A stretch of DNA of 64,000 nt from Haplodiscus bocki (GCA_965655095.1 OZ296658.1:51088001-51152000); one strand, 5' to 3'. Numbered from the stretch's first letter, positions 48,901 through 62,984 are shown. Notes: generated by a model from the letters alone, not told the origin. Made by a program: numbers and translations.

Positions 48901-50025
48901 TCACCCAGTCAGCGGAGTCTGGACAATATCGCTAAGGTGAACAAAAAGTAGGGGGATATGACCTTTGAGGTATCAACTTGACAATGAAGTCTGGCCGCAA
49001 TCGTGAAAAAGTGTTTGAAGCTGTTGAGAAATTAACCATTCAATGAAATGTGGACGCAACTCCAGCAGCTGAAAAAAGGAGGGGGTTTACGAAAGTGAAA
49101 AACTGACGTTCGTTCTCTTTTGAGCGTTTCTTGTACGCTTATTAGGTCGTTTCGGTCGGCTTTTAGCAGTAATTGAGGAGAGATCATTTTTTTCTGCGAA
49201 ATAAAATCTATGTTCTTTTATTCAATCTCAAGTCTCTGGTGTAATGCTCTCAACTGGTTCAAAAGATTGTGACTAGTTTGCTTTCTTACGGAGAAAAATC
49301 ATTTAAAATGCTGAACTCTTGAATAAAAATGCTTTTTTTCCGTTTTTTGGAGTGAATCAAATATATCAGGCGTACGGCCTCGCTGGCAAAACACAAGAGC
49401 ATTGAGCTTGTTCTGAAGAGTTTGCAAAACATTTATCAGATTCAGTACTGATAATGGTCGGTAATTATTACTTTTTTTCTACAAATGTTTTTATTCAGCA
49501 CATCGTGCCAAACAACAACCTAGGTTTTACCTTTCAGATCTTTCAAAAACAAATTTTCCACAAATTTTCTCGGATTTATCGCTTACGGTTTAGGACTTAG
49601 GCCCGGTATAGCGTAAACTTTTTACTTCTACTTTGATTGTTGTTCAGAGCTCAACGCGTATGTCGCAAGATGAATAGAACTTCAAAAATTTTCAACCATT
49701 TTCATGCGAAAACGTGTCTTTTTTTTGAAAATTTGGGGCTTTAGAGTAAACAACGGGATACTGGGAAAGTATCACAGGTTGTGAAAACAACAGTGCAATC
49801 TTTTCGGAAAGATTTTTTAAAAAGTTTTATCAAGTCTTGCTCTCAAAAATATAAAATTTGAGATGTCAAAGATTTAACGTTCAAGTTTAATCAAACCGGA
49901 ACCGGTATTACTCTCGTTGTTTCGGTTCTTCAAGTGCTTGAAATAGTTCGATACATTGCTCGTCTACACATGTGAGGTGTTGAACAATCCACAGTTTCAT
50001 TCGCTTCATCTACCGAATTGTGAGT
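45975..50025. repeat. Three tandem ~1355-bp units, each LTR-S with SGNH-like ORF plus short flanks
   Basis: LTR starts (cgtctaca on +) end at 47258, 48614 and 49968; ORF ATGs at 46994, 48350 and 49705. Confidence 0.92.
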
Positions 50026-50164
50026 AAGGCTGGACAATTGATCCATATTTACGGATATGTTATTTGCAGTCATGTTTCGGTGTCCGTCATTATACATCTG
50101 ATTAGCCTTATTGTCAGCTAATTGATTCATTTCGGGTGAACGAGGCATGCTACCCACCATGTCA

Positions 50165-50326
50165 ATAAGAATCTTTCAAGATAATTTGAGACCTTAAGAG
50201 AAAATGTTTTTCGCCGTTTGCGGGGTTGGAACCTCGGACACTGGAATCTCAGTCGGACACTCTAGCTCTAGACCATCGGTCTTCGTAAAAGTTCTTTTTT
50301 TCCGTTACATATATTGCTTCGCAACA
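50165..50326 (-). repeat. Truncated LTR-T (5' part)
   Basis: TGTTGCGAAG start at 50326 preceded by CGGCAC; truncated by a deletion at ~50165. Confidence 0.65.
50212..50281 (-). ncRNA. tRNA-like Pol III unit in LTR-T (copy 3)
   Basis: GACCGATGGTCTAGAGCTAGAGTGTCCGACTGAGATTCCAGTGTCCGAGGTTCCAACCCCGCAAACGGCG followed by aaaaacaTTTT. Confidence 0.55.
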
Positions 50327-50480
50327 GTGCCGTTTTCGGAACGTCAACACGATCAAAGTCAAATTTAGTTGTCGAACAAACAAAGGAAGCAGGAAAGTTT
50401 TTTTACGTGTTTTCTGTACAAAAAAAGAAAGGGTGGAACATATAAGGCTGAGAAACAAACACTAATTGCAAACTGGATTT

Positions 50481-53400
50481 TTAAGTCCGGTTGTCTGGGA
50501 TTAGACTTCCTTTAGTCTTGCTGGCAGGGCTCAGACTGAGTGAGCGGTTTATATTAAAAATGCCATTTGATTCTAGTTCTTCAAACAATTCAGTAGCAGC
50601 ATTATTTTGATAGGAAAAGAATTGTACTATGTCGTTTTGGGATATTTTGATGTGCAGGTTGAAGTTAGGAGGCGGAGTAGAGACGGAAACCATGAACAAT
50701 TTGTTCAACACAGGGAAAAGATTTTTCGTAAATCTCAACCGAGGAACTTGTGGAGTTAAGATGGTTATCTATAGGCCTTACTTGAGAAAAAGGCGAAAAG
50801 TTTGAGGGTAATATTAAATTTACGGTTTGAATTACTTTCGGGAGTAGATGTTGATCGAGACCTAATTGGAGTCGGAGTACATATGGTGATGATTGAACAA
50901 TTGCTTGAGAGTTTGTGGGTTGAGTTAAAACTTCAGGTAAAAGATTTCTTGGAGGGCCTGATATAGGAAAGGAGCTCCAAGTTATATGACTTAATGCACC
51001 GGTGTTTTTTGAAATCATCATCAGATAGAGTGATTGCATCATCTGAAAGAATAATAGTATCGTTAAAATGGCTACCCTGGAGTAGGTCTGGGAGGATTCA
51101 AGTTCGAGGATTCTTTTGGTTTGCATTTGATGATGAATGTTCGGTAGAACGAATTTAAACTGTACCTTACTTTGAGAGAGAGTAGTTTGGGAAAGAGTCT
51201 TTTCTCTTCATGTTACAGAGTGTCCAAATTTAGAAGAAAAAGAATAGTTCTGATTTTAAATTTCAACTTTGTTTAGTGACTGAGTATAAATTTTTATTTA
51301 GTACTTTATTCACGGCAAAGTTGAACAAAAGTAGTTATCGGGAAAAATTTCGAAGTTGAAAAACGAATTGATTTTAAGCTTGTTAACAAAAAAGTGATTT
51401 TTTAAAGATTATAAAGACAATTACGAATTCTTTTCGAGGTGCTCTCTGATTGGTCATCATGTTGTTGAGTTTTGTGAAATTTTTCGTGCCAGGCTTAGAT
51501 CTCTTCCTCCGATTCGTTTGTTTCAAACGTCTTGACAATTTAATGTCTTTTGATTCCGTTTTGATGACGTTAAAATACGTTTTAGCTCTTTTTAAACCAT
51601 AATTTTCTTACATGTGATCCAAATGAACTTTCCAGAACGGAATATTTTTTCCAAAATATTTGAGGGGCTGCCTACGGAGACTGATTCTGAGTCTTCACTG
51701 GGAGAATGTTGTATTTACGAAAAATGCGGCGTCAAATTGAGACACTGGTGTTAATAGTCCGTCTGATTGAAGGTTTTAATTTGACTGTTTGGTAGATTTC
51801 GGGAAGATATGGTGTCAAGTGGAGACCTTGGCTGTATATGTTTGGCTAATTGAGGAATTTTTGTTTGATTACCTGGCTCTCTTGGGAATCGTCCTGAATT
51901 TTCAAATGATAATGGAGACAAAGGTCGGCATCGAGATGGGTGAGCAAGTTGTCAAATAAACTGGGATCCCGTGAGGTGTCCCCGTCCGAAATATCTATAG
52001 ATGCACACGGGGAACTGGCGCGTGACTGTATCTTCTCTGATGGTTTATATGGAGAAATGGTGATAAAAGGCTTAAATGAGACATTTCAAAACTTTCGAAA
52101 TAATTTGTCTAATTACTTACTGAGAAGGTAAAAAGTGATTAGCCGATTTGTGTTAGCTTATAAAACATTTGCTTGAATAGACATTCTTTCGTAAATTACA
52201 TCAGTTAATTTTCTCACAGGAATATTGGGTTCTTTTAAAGTTTGAAATTTTTCAGATTTTTTCGAGGTTTTTGTAATTTCTGTGTGAAACAAAGGTGCAT
52301 TCTTTTAATTTATATGCCTTGCCAGTTCTGTTGTTTCTTGCAGATTTTGACAGTAGTCTCTCTTTAAATGTCAAATTTTGACAAAAAAAGAAATCAAAAA
52401 ATTGATTTTGCCATTTAGATTGTATATGAAAACAATGGTTTCGATATAAGTGATTGAATTACTCTGATCCGATCTGTTAATTTTCTATGCGAGTGGATTA
52501 GTATATATCTGCAAAATGAGCTATTTCAGATATAACTTTGCTTTTGAGTATATTCTGAAGGAAATTCCATTGGCACTCGAGGTATGTCTTTGAATACCTT
52601 TTCATATGGGGAAAACTGAGTGAGAATTTGGGTATTATGAGCAGAGTTAAAAAACTGCGCTTGGTCTCACCAATGGATATTAACTTGCTGTGTGGTAGTT
52701 GGACTAAATCATCCAAGGTGCGAACTAAGCTAATCCAGCTCTCAACTACGCCATTCCCCCAGAAAAGTGAGGGTATCTCGGACGATATTTAAAGACCAAG
52801 AAACTGCCCCGATTTGCAATTGTAGTTGGAATTTTACTGCTACTTTGTCAGTGACTATATTTTTCCGTGGGCCGAAAAAAAATTCGACTGGTTTAGTAAA
52901 ACATCTGCTGCGTCATTTAGTTGATTTGGCTTGGTAACGACAAAATGTGTGAGTGCATCGAGAATGGCAAGTTTGAAGAATTTCACTCTGATGCATGGTG
53001 CATAGGAGCTTTGTTTTCCATGCTGATACGCTAAATAAAACCTCCACAATTTTCAACAAATTCAAGCTGCGGAGCGGTGTTGATATCCATTCCAAAAGCT
53101 TCTTTAGTTTGACAGGATAGACAATTTTTTTAATTGAAGATCAATCCATTTTCGTAGCCCGTGAAAATTAAAACGAGTTTGAAGTCATTACAAGTGCCTT
53201 TCTGATCATAATGGCCGGGAATTTCAACCAGTGTTCTTTAAAAATTGCCGCATAGTATTTTTATCGGTAAGCAAGATTGTCTTTCGCCAATGGATGAGAC
53301 TAAAGTTCCCAATAAAATGTCTTTTAGAGAAGATCCGAATTTTAACCATCTGATAAAAGGCGATATCGTTCAGAAAATGATTTGGAGCTTTATTTCCTTT

Positions 53401-56400
53401 GACTGTCGGAGTTTTTTTGGTAGGTATTGTAGTGGATGGCTCCGTGAACCAATTTCTTACAATCTTCACAGCAAATTCAATTTTTTGATGTTGGAGAAGG
53501 ACTGCATTATCGAGTTTAGTATTTTTTGGTGCAAAAAAGTCATGATTTTGTTTGGATCCATGTCAAAGATGATAGTCAGAAGAGATTTCTGAAGTGTCTT
53601 CAATTCAAGTGAAAAACTGCTGAGTTTTGGTCGAGATAAATTTTTTGCGATTCTACTTTCCGGTTGGTGTTTGGTAGTTTTCTCGAGTTCCAACCGTAAG
53701 AAGTTGAATTCTTCTCGAGTTGCAATTCTTTCCTTAAATACCTCGTCATCGTCACCATGAATATCAGAATCAATTAAGAAGGCCCAGGACGCGTCAAGTG
53801 AATTTTTTTTCAATTGCTTCATAGAGATAGAGCTGTTTTCAAGAACAATTAAATATTGAGGTCTTCAAGTGGAGTGCTGTTATATGTAAGTGGTGTGATG
53901 TTCTTTAAAGCCATTATCAAACATTTGAACAAATAACTTATCTCCGTCATTCTCACAAAAAATTTGATAAGAGTTGTTTAAGTCTTGAAATGTAATTGGT
54001 TCAACATTTTTTTTAAAATTGAGTTTGGTTAAAGATGGCTAAATGCTTGGAAGCGGCGGTATGAAACTCAATGGATTTTGAAAATGTTTTTAGAACTTCT
54101 TGTTGCTTCTTGACAAACTTTGTTGAAAATTTCCGCTTAAGTAGTCAGCCCAGCAATGTGTTTGTCCTTGTGTCATAAAAAGTTTTGGAAACCGTGTGAG
54201 AGCAATTTGGCATCTGAGTAATCGGAGGTTTTTGTTGCTTATAAGGAAGAGAGGCTAAGAATTGTTTTTCGTTCCGTGAATGTTTCAACGGTGCGTCTGG
54301 AGCCAAATGTCGAAAAAAACACAAACGTTTAATTCATGAACAATGGCAGTTTTTTCACATTTGATAACATCATTTTTTTGTTCACTTCCTGCGAAAACAC
54401 GTAAAACATAGAAAATGACTTGTATTTTTCCTCTGCAATCCGCTTGGATAAGTACTGTGGCTACTCTGGTCGCAGAAGTATCAACCATAATCAAAAAGGA
54501 TTGCTTTTATTTTGTAGTGTCAAGTCATATTTTTGTCCTCATTTTCTTTCACTTGGAAGAAAACAGCTTCTTGTTTTCTCTATCAAAAAGGAGACATTAT
54601 CTTTTAAAGGTGTATACAATGCAACAAGTTCTACATGCAAGTTCAGAATAATTCTGAATATCAATTTCAAGCTCCCAACAATTTCATAGCACTTTTTTAG
54701 GATCAGGAAGTTTCTTTTGTTGGAATTCCATTATTTTGTCTGAAAGTAGTCTGCTTCAATTTTTGTTGATAACCAGGCCGAAAAAACTAACGGTAGTAAG
54801 GAAAAAATACGTTTTATCTTGAGGGGTTTCAAATATATGTTTCCCTACTGTTTCCTGAAAATAAGGTAGTCGATCAAACTTTTGTTTTTAAATATCAGCT
54901 CGACCCAATAAGTAATCGGTTCGTAAGATAGTTTCATCCTTTCTGAGGAGCGGTGAAAATAGAAATCTCATTACGCCGACGAAAAAAATCACGTGAAGCG
55001 TTCAATCCATGAAATTTTTGTTGGTATTGTATGTTATCAACCGAATTTGAACAACTCTTTGAGTTTCTGGTGTTAAGGCAACTTGGTGGTATGAAGTGGT
55101 AAAGTTGATTGTACTGACTATTAGCGTCGTTTCGTGGTACCAAATTTTCAACTGGTAGTAACATGAACTGGTATTGCGATACATCAGTTATTGCATTAGG
55201 TAGTCTGGCATCGCTAACGACTTTGCATATGTCACTTTTTGGAAGAAATATATTGGAGTCAAAAAATTCAGAACCAAATTCATTATTTCCTGCAGCATCA
55301 AGATCAAATAATTCAATAATTCCATTCGTTTCTTTTTAGTGGTGAAACTTTTCTACTTTATCAAAGTAGGGTATTGGGATTTTTGTGATGCGTTGATTTT
55401 TTAAATCTGCATTTGTTTGGATTGTAAAATGAAATGATACGTCAAGGACACTAAAGTCTTCCTCAGTTGTGAGTACACACCTTGAAATTCACAAAGAAGT
55501 TATATAAGGTTAATTAATTCTCGGGGTGAGAGTTGTCCGGGTTAAAATTTAGTTTGCGGAGGATTGTATGATATTTAGGGTCAAGTTTTTGGATAAGTGT
55601 AGTAAAGGTAGAGGATTTTTTAAAGTGATGTAACTGAGTTCGTGAAGTGCAGAATCGAAAGGTTGTGTGGTAATGGATGCATAGTCGGTATGCACGTCGA
55701 AGGTGTCTGGACAATTTATATATATTAAAGTTTAATTTGCTTGATTAAGATTGTAAACTGTTTATGGCCGAGAATATGGCTTTGTAACATTGCATTCTCA
55801 TTGGAAATCAATTTATTCTAAATATTCTTTGGGTATAGCAATCGGAAATTTTGTTTTGCTTTCTAGAAAAACATTGAAGCGTTAGGCTTTTGGAAAAGGG
55901 TCATACATTTCGGTAAAACTCAATTGATGGTAGTACTTTCAGAGAAATGGAAAGAATGAATGCATATTGTTAGATTAGTAGTTTGAGGTTTGTTTTTTAT
56001 TTGCAGTGGAAACGTAAAAAGACGTATGTCGTTACCGGGAAGATTGATGTGTTTTTTGACAGTTAGGTTCTAAACATTAATTAGAACAAAGGTTGTTCAT
56101 GAGATATATGAAGAAATGGGTTGTTGTTTAGATTTGCCGTATTATGTAGAATATTTTCCATGTTAGTTTGAGCGTGTTAAGTGTCAATTGACTTGCATTT
56201 TGTTTGTAAGACTGGGAGGCCAAAAATAATAATTTTTGTTCCAGCAATTGCGAAGTTAATGGCTAGTGCTGTTGAAAGATCTCAGAAAAGCAAAATGGTG
56301 GAGTCAACATTCCTTTTATTGAAAAAAACTGAAAATTTGCTAATCGTAGTTTTGTTTCCCAGTAAGTTTCATATTCGTATTTGAATTGTTTTATAGGAAT

Positions 56401-59240
56401 GTTAATTTCATTCCAGGTAGGAGAATTCAAGATACTAATAGTGGCTTTAGTGCCGGGTAAAGACTCTACTCCAAGGAAGTTTGGTTCTGATTTTTGAGTT
56501 GGTTTCTTCACGGACACCTTAGGAGGTTTAAACCAACTTGAACCAATTCTAGTAATGCCATCTGAAATTTTCTTTTCTTTCTAATATTCCCACTTCAGAA
56601 AAAATTCAGTAATCACAAAGAGCTTGCAAAACATCGTCGAGATTGTTTGTATTTTGACGAAACACTGGTGATTGGTTTATCGGATGAAAATGACTATGTG
56701 AAGTAACCCGATCAGGAGTAACTGATTTGGAACTAATTCTAAGAATACGAGAATAGATTTCATTGTAATAACGGTTTGGAGAAGAAGATCTAGTGTTATT
56801 ATTGATCCTCCCGTTTGTTTTTTGACGGTCATATTTGTCATATGAAGGATAATTTCTGTCTGGATGAGCGAAGTCTAACAAGAGATTGGGATTGGTCGCG
56901 ACAATTTGACTCATGAGGAGAGAGGTAGATTTTTGGAGCTCGCTTGTTAGGTAAATCCTGGTTGTTCCTGAAAAACTCCTTAAACTATTTCTGAGTCCCA
57001 GATTGAAGAGGTTGGTGCTCGTTTTGTTCCAAGGATTCGAAATTTACCACTAAATAATGATTTTATTTCACTATTGAAACATCTAGAAATATTGCGACAA
57101 TTCTTCGACGAACGTTACAATAAATCAATTTTTGAGGAGATTCTTTATTATTGGCGTAATGTCAGTGGCGAGCTTGTTGTCATGATTTATGTTCGAGAAA
57201 AAGTGGGTCGATTCATGATAGTTCACTTCCTGTCATGGTTTAGGCGTCATTTCATCAGCAATGTGTTTTCGGTTGATATAGTTTCTGAGAATTTCAAAAG
57301 AGATTATAGGTTCTTGGAGAGTTTGTTAATGGTCTTCTCTCTTATCGTAGATAAAACCCTTCACTTTTAACGGGAGTCCTTGAATGACAATTTTGACATC
57401 TTCTCGGTTGCGCTTTTCAGAATTATTTTCTGCCAAGCCTTTCTTAAGGTCTCCATCACGGGAAACAATAATTGGAAAAATTATTGTGTGTTTAACTGTG
57501 CATTTTGTGCTCCGAATCTGGTTTTTTATGTTGCTGTAAAACTATCGAATTGTTTAGGAAATCTAAACGTGAAGATAGACCAGTCTTGCGTATCAACTTC
57601 GGAAAAACTTCAGGGCCATCCGTAAAAACGTCAACAATGGCCATTCCACGTACGTGCCAAACATGCTTCTGGTCTGGGCTAGTCGGTTCAGGACCAGATT
57701 GGTGAAATGTACGGGTTTTCGTACGATAAAGGAACTGCTCTGGTTGGTATCTATGGTCTGTGCCATCAAAAATCTGAAGTTGGCTAGAAAGTGGAGCACA
57801 TATAGGCTCATTTAGAGTATATGTTTGAAGAGATGGTACAGGCAAATGAGTTTGAACAGGTAGATTAGAAGTTCTAGATAATGGAGGTTGATTGACCATC
57901 CAAGGAAAAAGAGTATGATTTGGGGGTTTGAGGGTATGGTCCGTTTATGTGGTGAAGGATACATGGTATTTAATTGCGGAATTGTATAATGTTGAGATGA
58001 CTTAATATGAGATGGTTTTGTAAAATTTGCAATGAGTGAATCAGTAGGGCTAGAAAATTTTCATCGACTGATCGGTATGAACTGTGAATTTAGAAGAATA
58101 ACAACATTGGAAGGTTTAATTGTCAGTGTTTTTTATTGGATTGGTTGTTTAAAAGTGCTATTTTGAGTTTGATGAGTTTGTAATTGTGTTTGAGGTATCA
58201 TTTTAGCTAAACGTAGTCCAACAGAGGTATGTGAAAACAAAGGTGTAAGTGGTCGCGGACAAAAACTAGTTTTATCAAGTGCAGTTAAATGTGCTGGAGG
58301 GGATTGACGTAGGTTCTGGTGTGGTGTCGAAGGATCAGTTCGTTTATTATAGAAGGTATTCTCGATTTGATTTGGACTTTTAGGGGTTGGTTGTGTTGCC
58401 TGCAATGTAGTTGGTCAAATTAGAGCGAGATCTGGATCTGCAGAGAACAAGGTTCCTAGACATCAATCCATTTCTTGTCTTTTATAGAGAGTTGAAACTT
58501 TAATTTTAGAAAATGGAATAAGCGGAAGGATATTTCTACTATTTTGTAAATCAAAAACTTCATGAATTGGTTCCAATAATGTTAAACAATTCAATAAGAT
58601 TGTCTTGTTTTTGACCGACACTTGAACTTTGTTGTGGGAACTGTGCATATGCAGTATCTGTTTTGTTGGTGGTTTGAAGGAGAAGGCTTGATTGAAGTTG
58701 ATCAAATACTTGAACTATCTCTTGCCTAAAAAATTGGTTCGAAGGTGTGTTCTTTGGTTTTATCATAACTAAATTTGAGTGTCGTTGCACATTGTTTTGA
58801 ATATTCTGGAATTGATTAAATTTTTGGTGATATAAGGCAAAAACATAAAGATCTGAAAGAGTTTCTAGATGGTGTAAGGTTTAGATCTTTACAGGTAGTT
58901 TTATATAAGGAAAATCGTGGTTTTTAGCATTTAATAATTGAAGTACAAAATGAGGTTAGTTTACTACCATGAGAAAGAAAATTTTATGTAGATTTGAATC
59001 ATGGCGGTAGAGGTGAAGGTTGATTATGCTGTTTAACCGTATATGGAGACATCTGTTACCTAAACAAAGAAAATCAGTGAGGGAGAATGACAGAAAGTAC
59101 ACAATTCTGAATATTCGGTGCGAGGATTGAGGACGACGCGATTGTACCGAAAATGGTACGTTTGCCTAAATTTGAAGCGAGGTTTTGGTAATAGAGGTAA
59201 TTTTGAAAACACCTTAAAAGGACTTGAAATCAAAAGTCGC
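50481..59240 (-). pseudogene. pol: Gypsy leader, gag and pol, apparently undeleted but decayed
   Basis: gag LQIFDGTDHRYQPEQFL (57492-57899); R/S/N-rich nucleocapsid region (56606-56914); PR ~56450; RT YHQVALTPETQR (55002-55184); RH IMVDTSATRVA (54285-54494); IN ILDALTHFVVTKP (52855-53049). Confidence 0.88.
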
Positions 59241-59244
59241 ACCA

Positions 59245-60019
59245 CTTGAACTAAGCAAGTTGATCAGTCTTTCATGTCCATTGATATCACTCGATCTTAA
59301 AGCTACGTCTTAGTTCGAACCTCTACAATCTTACTGCATAAATCAAATGTGCCGATTGTGTAAATACTAATTTTACAACGGAAGACATTTCTTCTAAAAC
59401 GCCACTTCCTCTTAATCTTAGTCTTACAATGCTTTGTGGAACATTCCACACTGTTACGTTGGGTTAGCTCTTCAACCTTTCTTTCTCACATTGTCATTAC
59501 ACAACGTTGGATAACATTCCTCCGTTAGATAGTTTATTCTTTTATCCAGTCCATCATATCTGGGTCTGAAGATGTTTATTTCTTTGTTGTTGTTTTTTCA
59601 TGTCGATCTATATTCAACATCGAGATATTTTTTTGCTGTTTGCTGTTTCTTATACGAAGCTGAGAATTGTCCTACTTTATTCATACCATCAGCAGTAACA
59701 GTAATAGCTATTCCACAGTTCATTAGTTTCCACAATTGAATTGTATTGTTGTTTATTGGAAGAAGTAAGAGATCGGATGTTTGTGCCGTCGTTCAGTTGA
59801 CAACAATGTACTTAAAAGTATTTAGGAATTGGATTGGTTGCTAGCAGCCAGTGGCTTTCTCTGTTCATGTTCTTTAAAGAGGAGGTATCGAGATCGGGAA
59901 TGTTGAAATGAGTTGTTTTTGTCAGAAATTTGATCATGTGTGGCTGCAGTTATACTATTTATTGCTACATAGTTATTGGATAAGTCACTTTGGAATTGAT
60001 ACACAGATTAGTTTGCACA
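59245..60019 (-). repeat. Gypsy LTR-A copy 3
   Basis: PPT gtggaaacgagaat, TGTGCAAACTAA start, TTAGTTCA end, PBS TGGTGCGACT. Confidence 0.85.
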
Positions 60020-60229
60020 ATTCTCGTTTCCACGAACTGTAGGACCTCATTTTGTACTCAATGCTCAAGATTGGCTAGTGGGCCTATATTGTGTGGCTTT
60101 TGTTTCTCTAAAGAAACGCTTAAAGGTTTTATCTTTTGAATATCAGTTGTTGTCTATGCCTCCTGGGTTAAGGAGTCTTATCGATCATAACGGTAGGAGT
60201 TGTTCCCATAGTGGGCAAACAAGTTAAGT

Positions 60230-62930
60230 AGTAAGTGGCGTATTGATTTTAATTGAAAAATGTTGACAAATCAACTTAAAGTAGGAGATGTTATTGTTCA
60301 GAAAGTTTTGAAGGCAAATAAGTTCTAAATGAGAAAGAAGATAGGAGTAAAGTATGTACTTTTAGGTATGTGGTAATAAAAAAGGAAAATAGAAAAGAGT
60401 AACATTTACAAATCCAAATACTGCTATACATCATTGAGAAAGAATATTAACATGAAAAGTGTTAAATGCTTAGTCAGATGAGTCTTATAATTTTCTTGAG
60501 GTGTTTTTTTGAAGGAATGAGTGTATTATGAAAGTCACGATAAGGTTTCAGTTTCGGAATTTATTCAGAGACTTCATCCTGTATTTTTTCAACATGTCCA
60601 TTGTTTGTTTTTATTAATTCAGCAAACAATGGGGGGTTAGGTTCTTGCAATAGAGTGAATAGAGTGCGAATGAATGCAAATTTTTTCAAGTGAACCATGC
60701 GAAGATGCATGTCAATTTGCACGTGGTTGTGGTATTTGGAGGCGATATATGAGTTTTGTGACTAAAAGGTCAAGTTGTGCAATATTATTTGAAGAGGTTA
60801 GGAGATGCATATAAAAGTGAAGTGCTGTAGGAGGGATAGGTTGGGACATCTAAGAGTGGAAAATTTAGTCAGTTTGAGTGGTTAATAGAGGAGGTCGTTG
60901 GTTATTGTAAACGTAGAGGTGCGGGTCATGTATTGAACGACCTTCACGTGGGACAACGAGAGGCCGGTTGGGTTTTTTTCTGAAGTGTAGAAAAAAATTT
61001 CTTTAGGGGGGTCATAATTGTGGATACGGCCATGCAAGTAAGAGGAACTGAGTGCGTATTGAGTTGAGGGTGAATAGGGTGATGAGATTTTAGTGTTAAC
61101 AAAAAAATTTTTTATTACGCAGTGTGTGGTCAGTATAGATTTTTTCAAAGGACTATCGGTGTATTTTTTAAAAGAAAGAATCCGATCAAGTGAGCAGTTA
61201 GAAGTGGGTAAGTTTTGTAGGTCAAGTTTCTTGGATTCAATAAAGTTGAATCCTAGTTGCTGAAAGTTAAAGTTAGGTTTAAACCAAAAATCGTAAGAGT
61301 TAGTTGCTTTAGTGACATGTGAACATAGATGATCTTTCGTATAGTCTAATGCAAGGAGTTTAAATTGATAATCAGATTCTTGCATGAAGAATTGAGTTTT
61401 TGTAGGGTTGTAGAGAATAGCGGGCGCCTATAACTGGGGGCTGTGAATATCACGGATTTCAGTAAATGTGTTGGGAAAAAAAGTGTAGGTGGATGGATAG
61501 AAGGAGTGCATGGAATCGGTGATGTAATAGGTGTGGGCTGAAATTTGAGGTGTAGAACAGGAAGATATCGTGCGTCATTAGTGAATTGGCATGCAGATGG
61601 ACTTTTGGGTCAAATCTTTAGCGTGCATGGATTGGGTACTAGGAAAGCTAGTTAGAAACAAAGTAGACACGATAGACGACAAGGTGGATTGCTAAATAGG
61701 AGTGTAAGTGATAATGAAGCAGTTCTGTTAACACATGCAGATTGACTGGTTAGTGGAGGTACAAGGATTGATTTGAGATTTCGTGTAGCATGCAAAAAAT
61801 TAGAGTTAGTTAAAATTGGTTGTTAGGAGGAATTAGTAGGAGTTGTTTGTTGAGTGGTATCAGAAGGGTTAGCAAAAACTTTATTTGGAGGCTTTTGAGT
61901 GTTAGGTGGTATTACTAAAGTATTTTGAAGGTCTTGCAGTTGAAGATTTGATTGTGACGGAGGAGAATGGTTCACAGGAGGAGGGGTTGCCAGAGACCAA
62001 TTTGATCTATGATTTTGAGGGATAGTAAGTTCGAGCGACGTCGAGCTGTTTGAGAGAATAATGCCGAAAGGTAGAAAAACTGGTCTTTGTCTCGGACCAA
62101 AGTAGCGGGTTGGTATGATTCTGAGGGTTGCTTCGCAAAAAAATGAGAGGAGCATTTTCAAATTAAATTGTTGATAAAATTTTATTACTTTGAGGTTAAA
62201 ACAGCTGCAAATTGAACCAAATTTTTTTAAAATGAATGCTTTCTAAGGTAGCGGAGACATGTACAGCTCTGAAGGAATTAAGTAACATAAGGGTATTGGC
62301 CAGAAGTCAGCAAAAAGTTTCTTTCGTCAACAGACATGCAGCGACAATTGGTTTTTTGAGCTCTCAAATTATACTGGCAAACTCCAACTGAAGTGAGGCA
62401 GCTTCAGTTGAAGTTTTTTTTATTTGACGTCAAACTTGCTTTTTTTTTGTTGACGGCAACGTAGACAGCGAAAGTGTCACAGAAATTTATTTTGGCGAGA
62501 ACTTGTTAGAGATATTATATTTTACCGAAAAAATTTATATTTTTGAGTTATGTAAAATTTCTGCTTTTTGTGTGATCAAGGGTTTTATGACGGTTGGGGC
62601 ACCTTTGTTTGCAAGAAATCGTGCGAATAATTAATGTTTTATATTACTTTCATGAAACAATTTACGAGGGTTCCTTAACGAAACTTCCCATTTGAAATTT
62701 GTTTTTGGTAACCCAAATGGGTGGTAAAAATATTGCAATTCGGTAATTTGTGGTAATCTAAAACTGTTATCATTCTAATTAGGAAGGTTTTGTGGAGATG
62801 GTTTTTTAGGGAGGAACCGATGAGTTATTTTGTGAGCGTCAGTTGGTTTGCTTCTTACTAATTGTTGCATACGTTTTGTATAATTTTTTTGGGGTAGTAA
62901 GTCAATTTGGTTAAATGATCCTTTAGATGG
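60230..62930 (-). pseudogene. Post-env orphan coding-like region, copy 3
   Basis: Longest surviving fragment is 60882-61385 (167 aa; ..YLHGRIHNYDPPKEIFF..). Confidence 0.55.
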
Positions 62931-62984
62931 TGTGTTTGAATAATCAATAGTTGAATTTTGAGAAACAAGGCCAAATTAGGTATA

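Noticed and set aside
50212-50281. Calling the unit a functional tRNA-Leu(GAG)
   Set aside because: Acceptor and anticodon stems pair poorly, the T-loop is TTCC rather than TTCG, and the anticodon differs in one copy.
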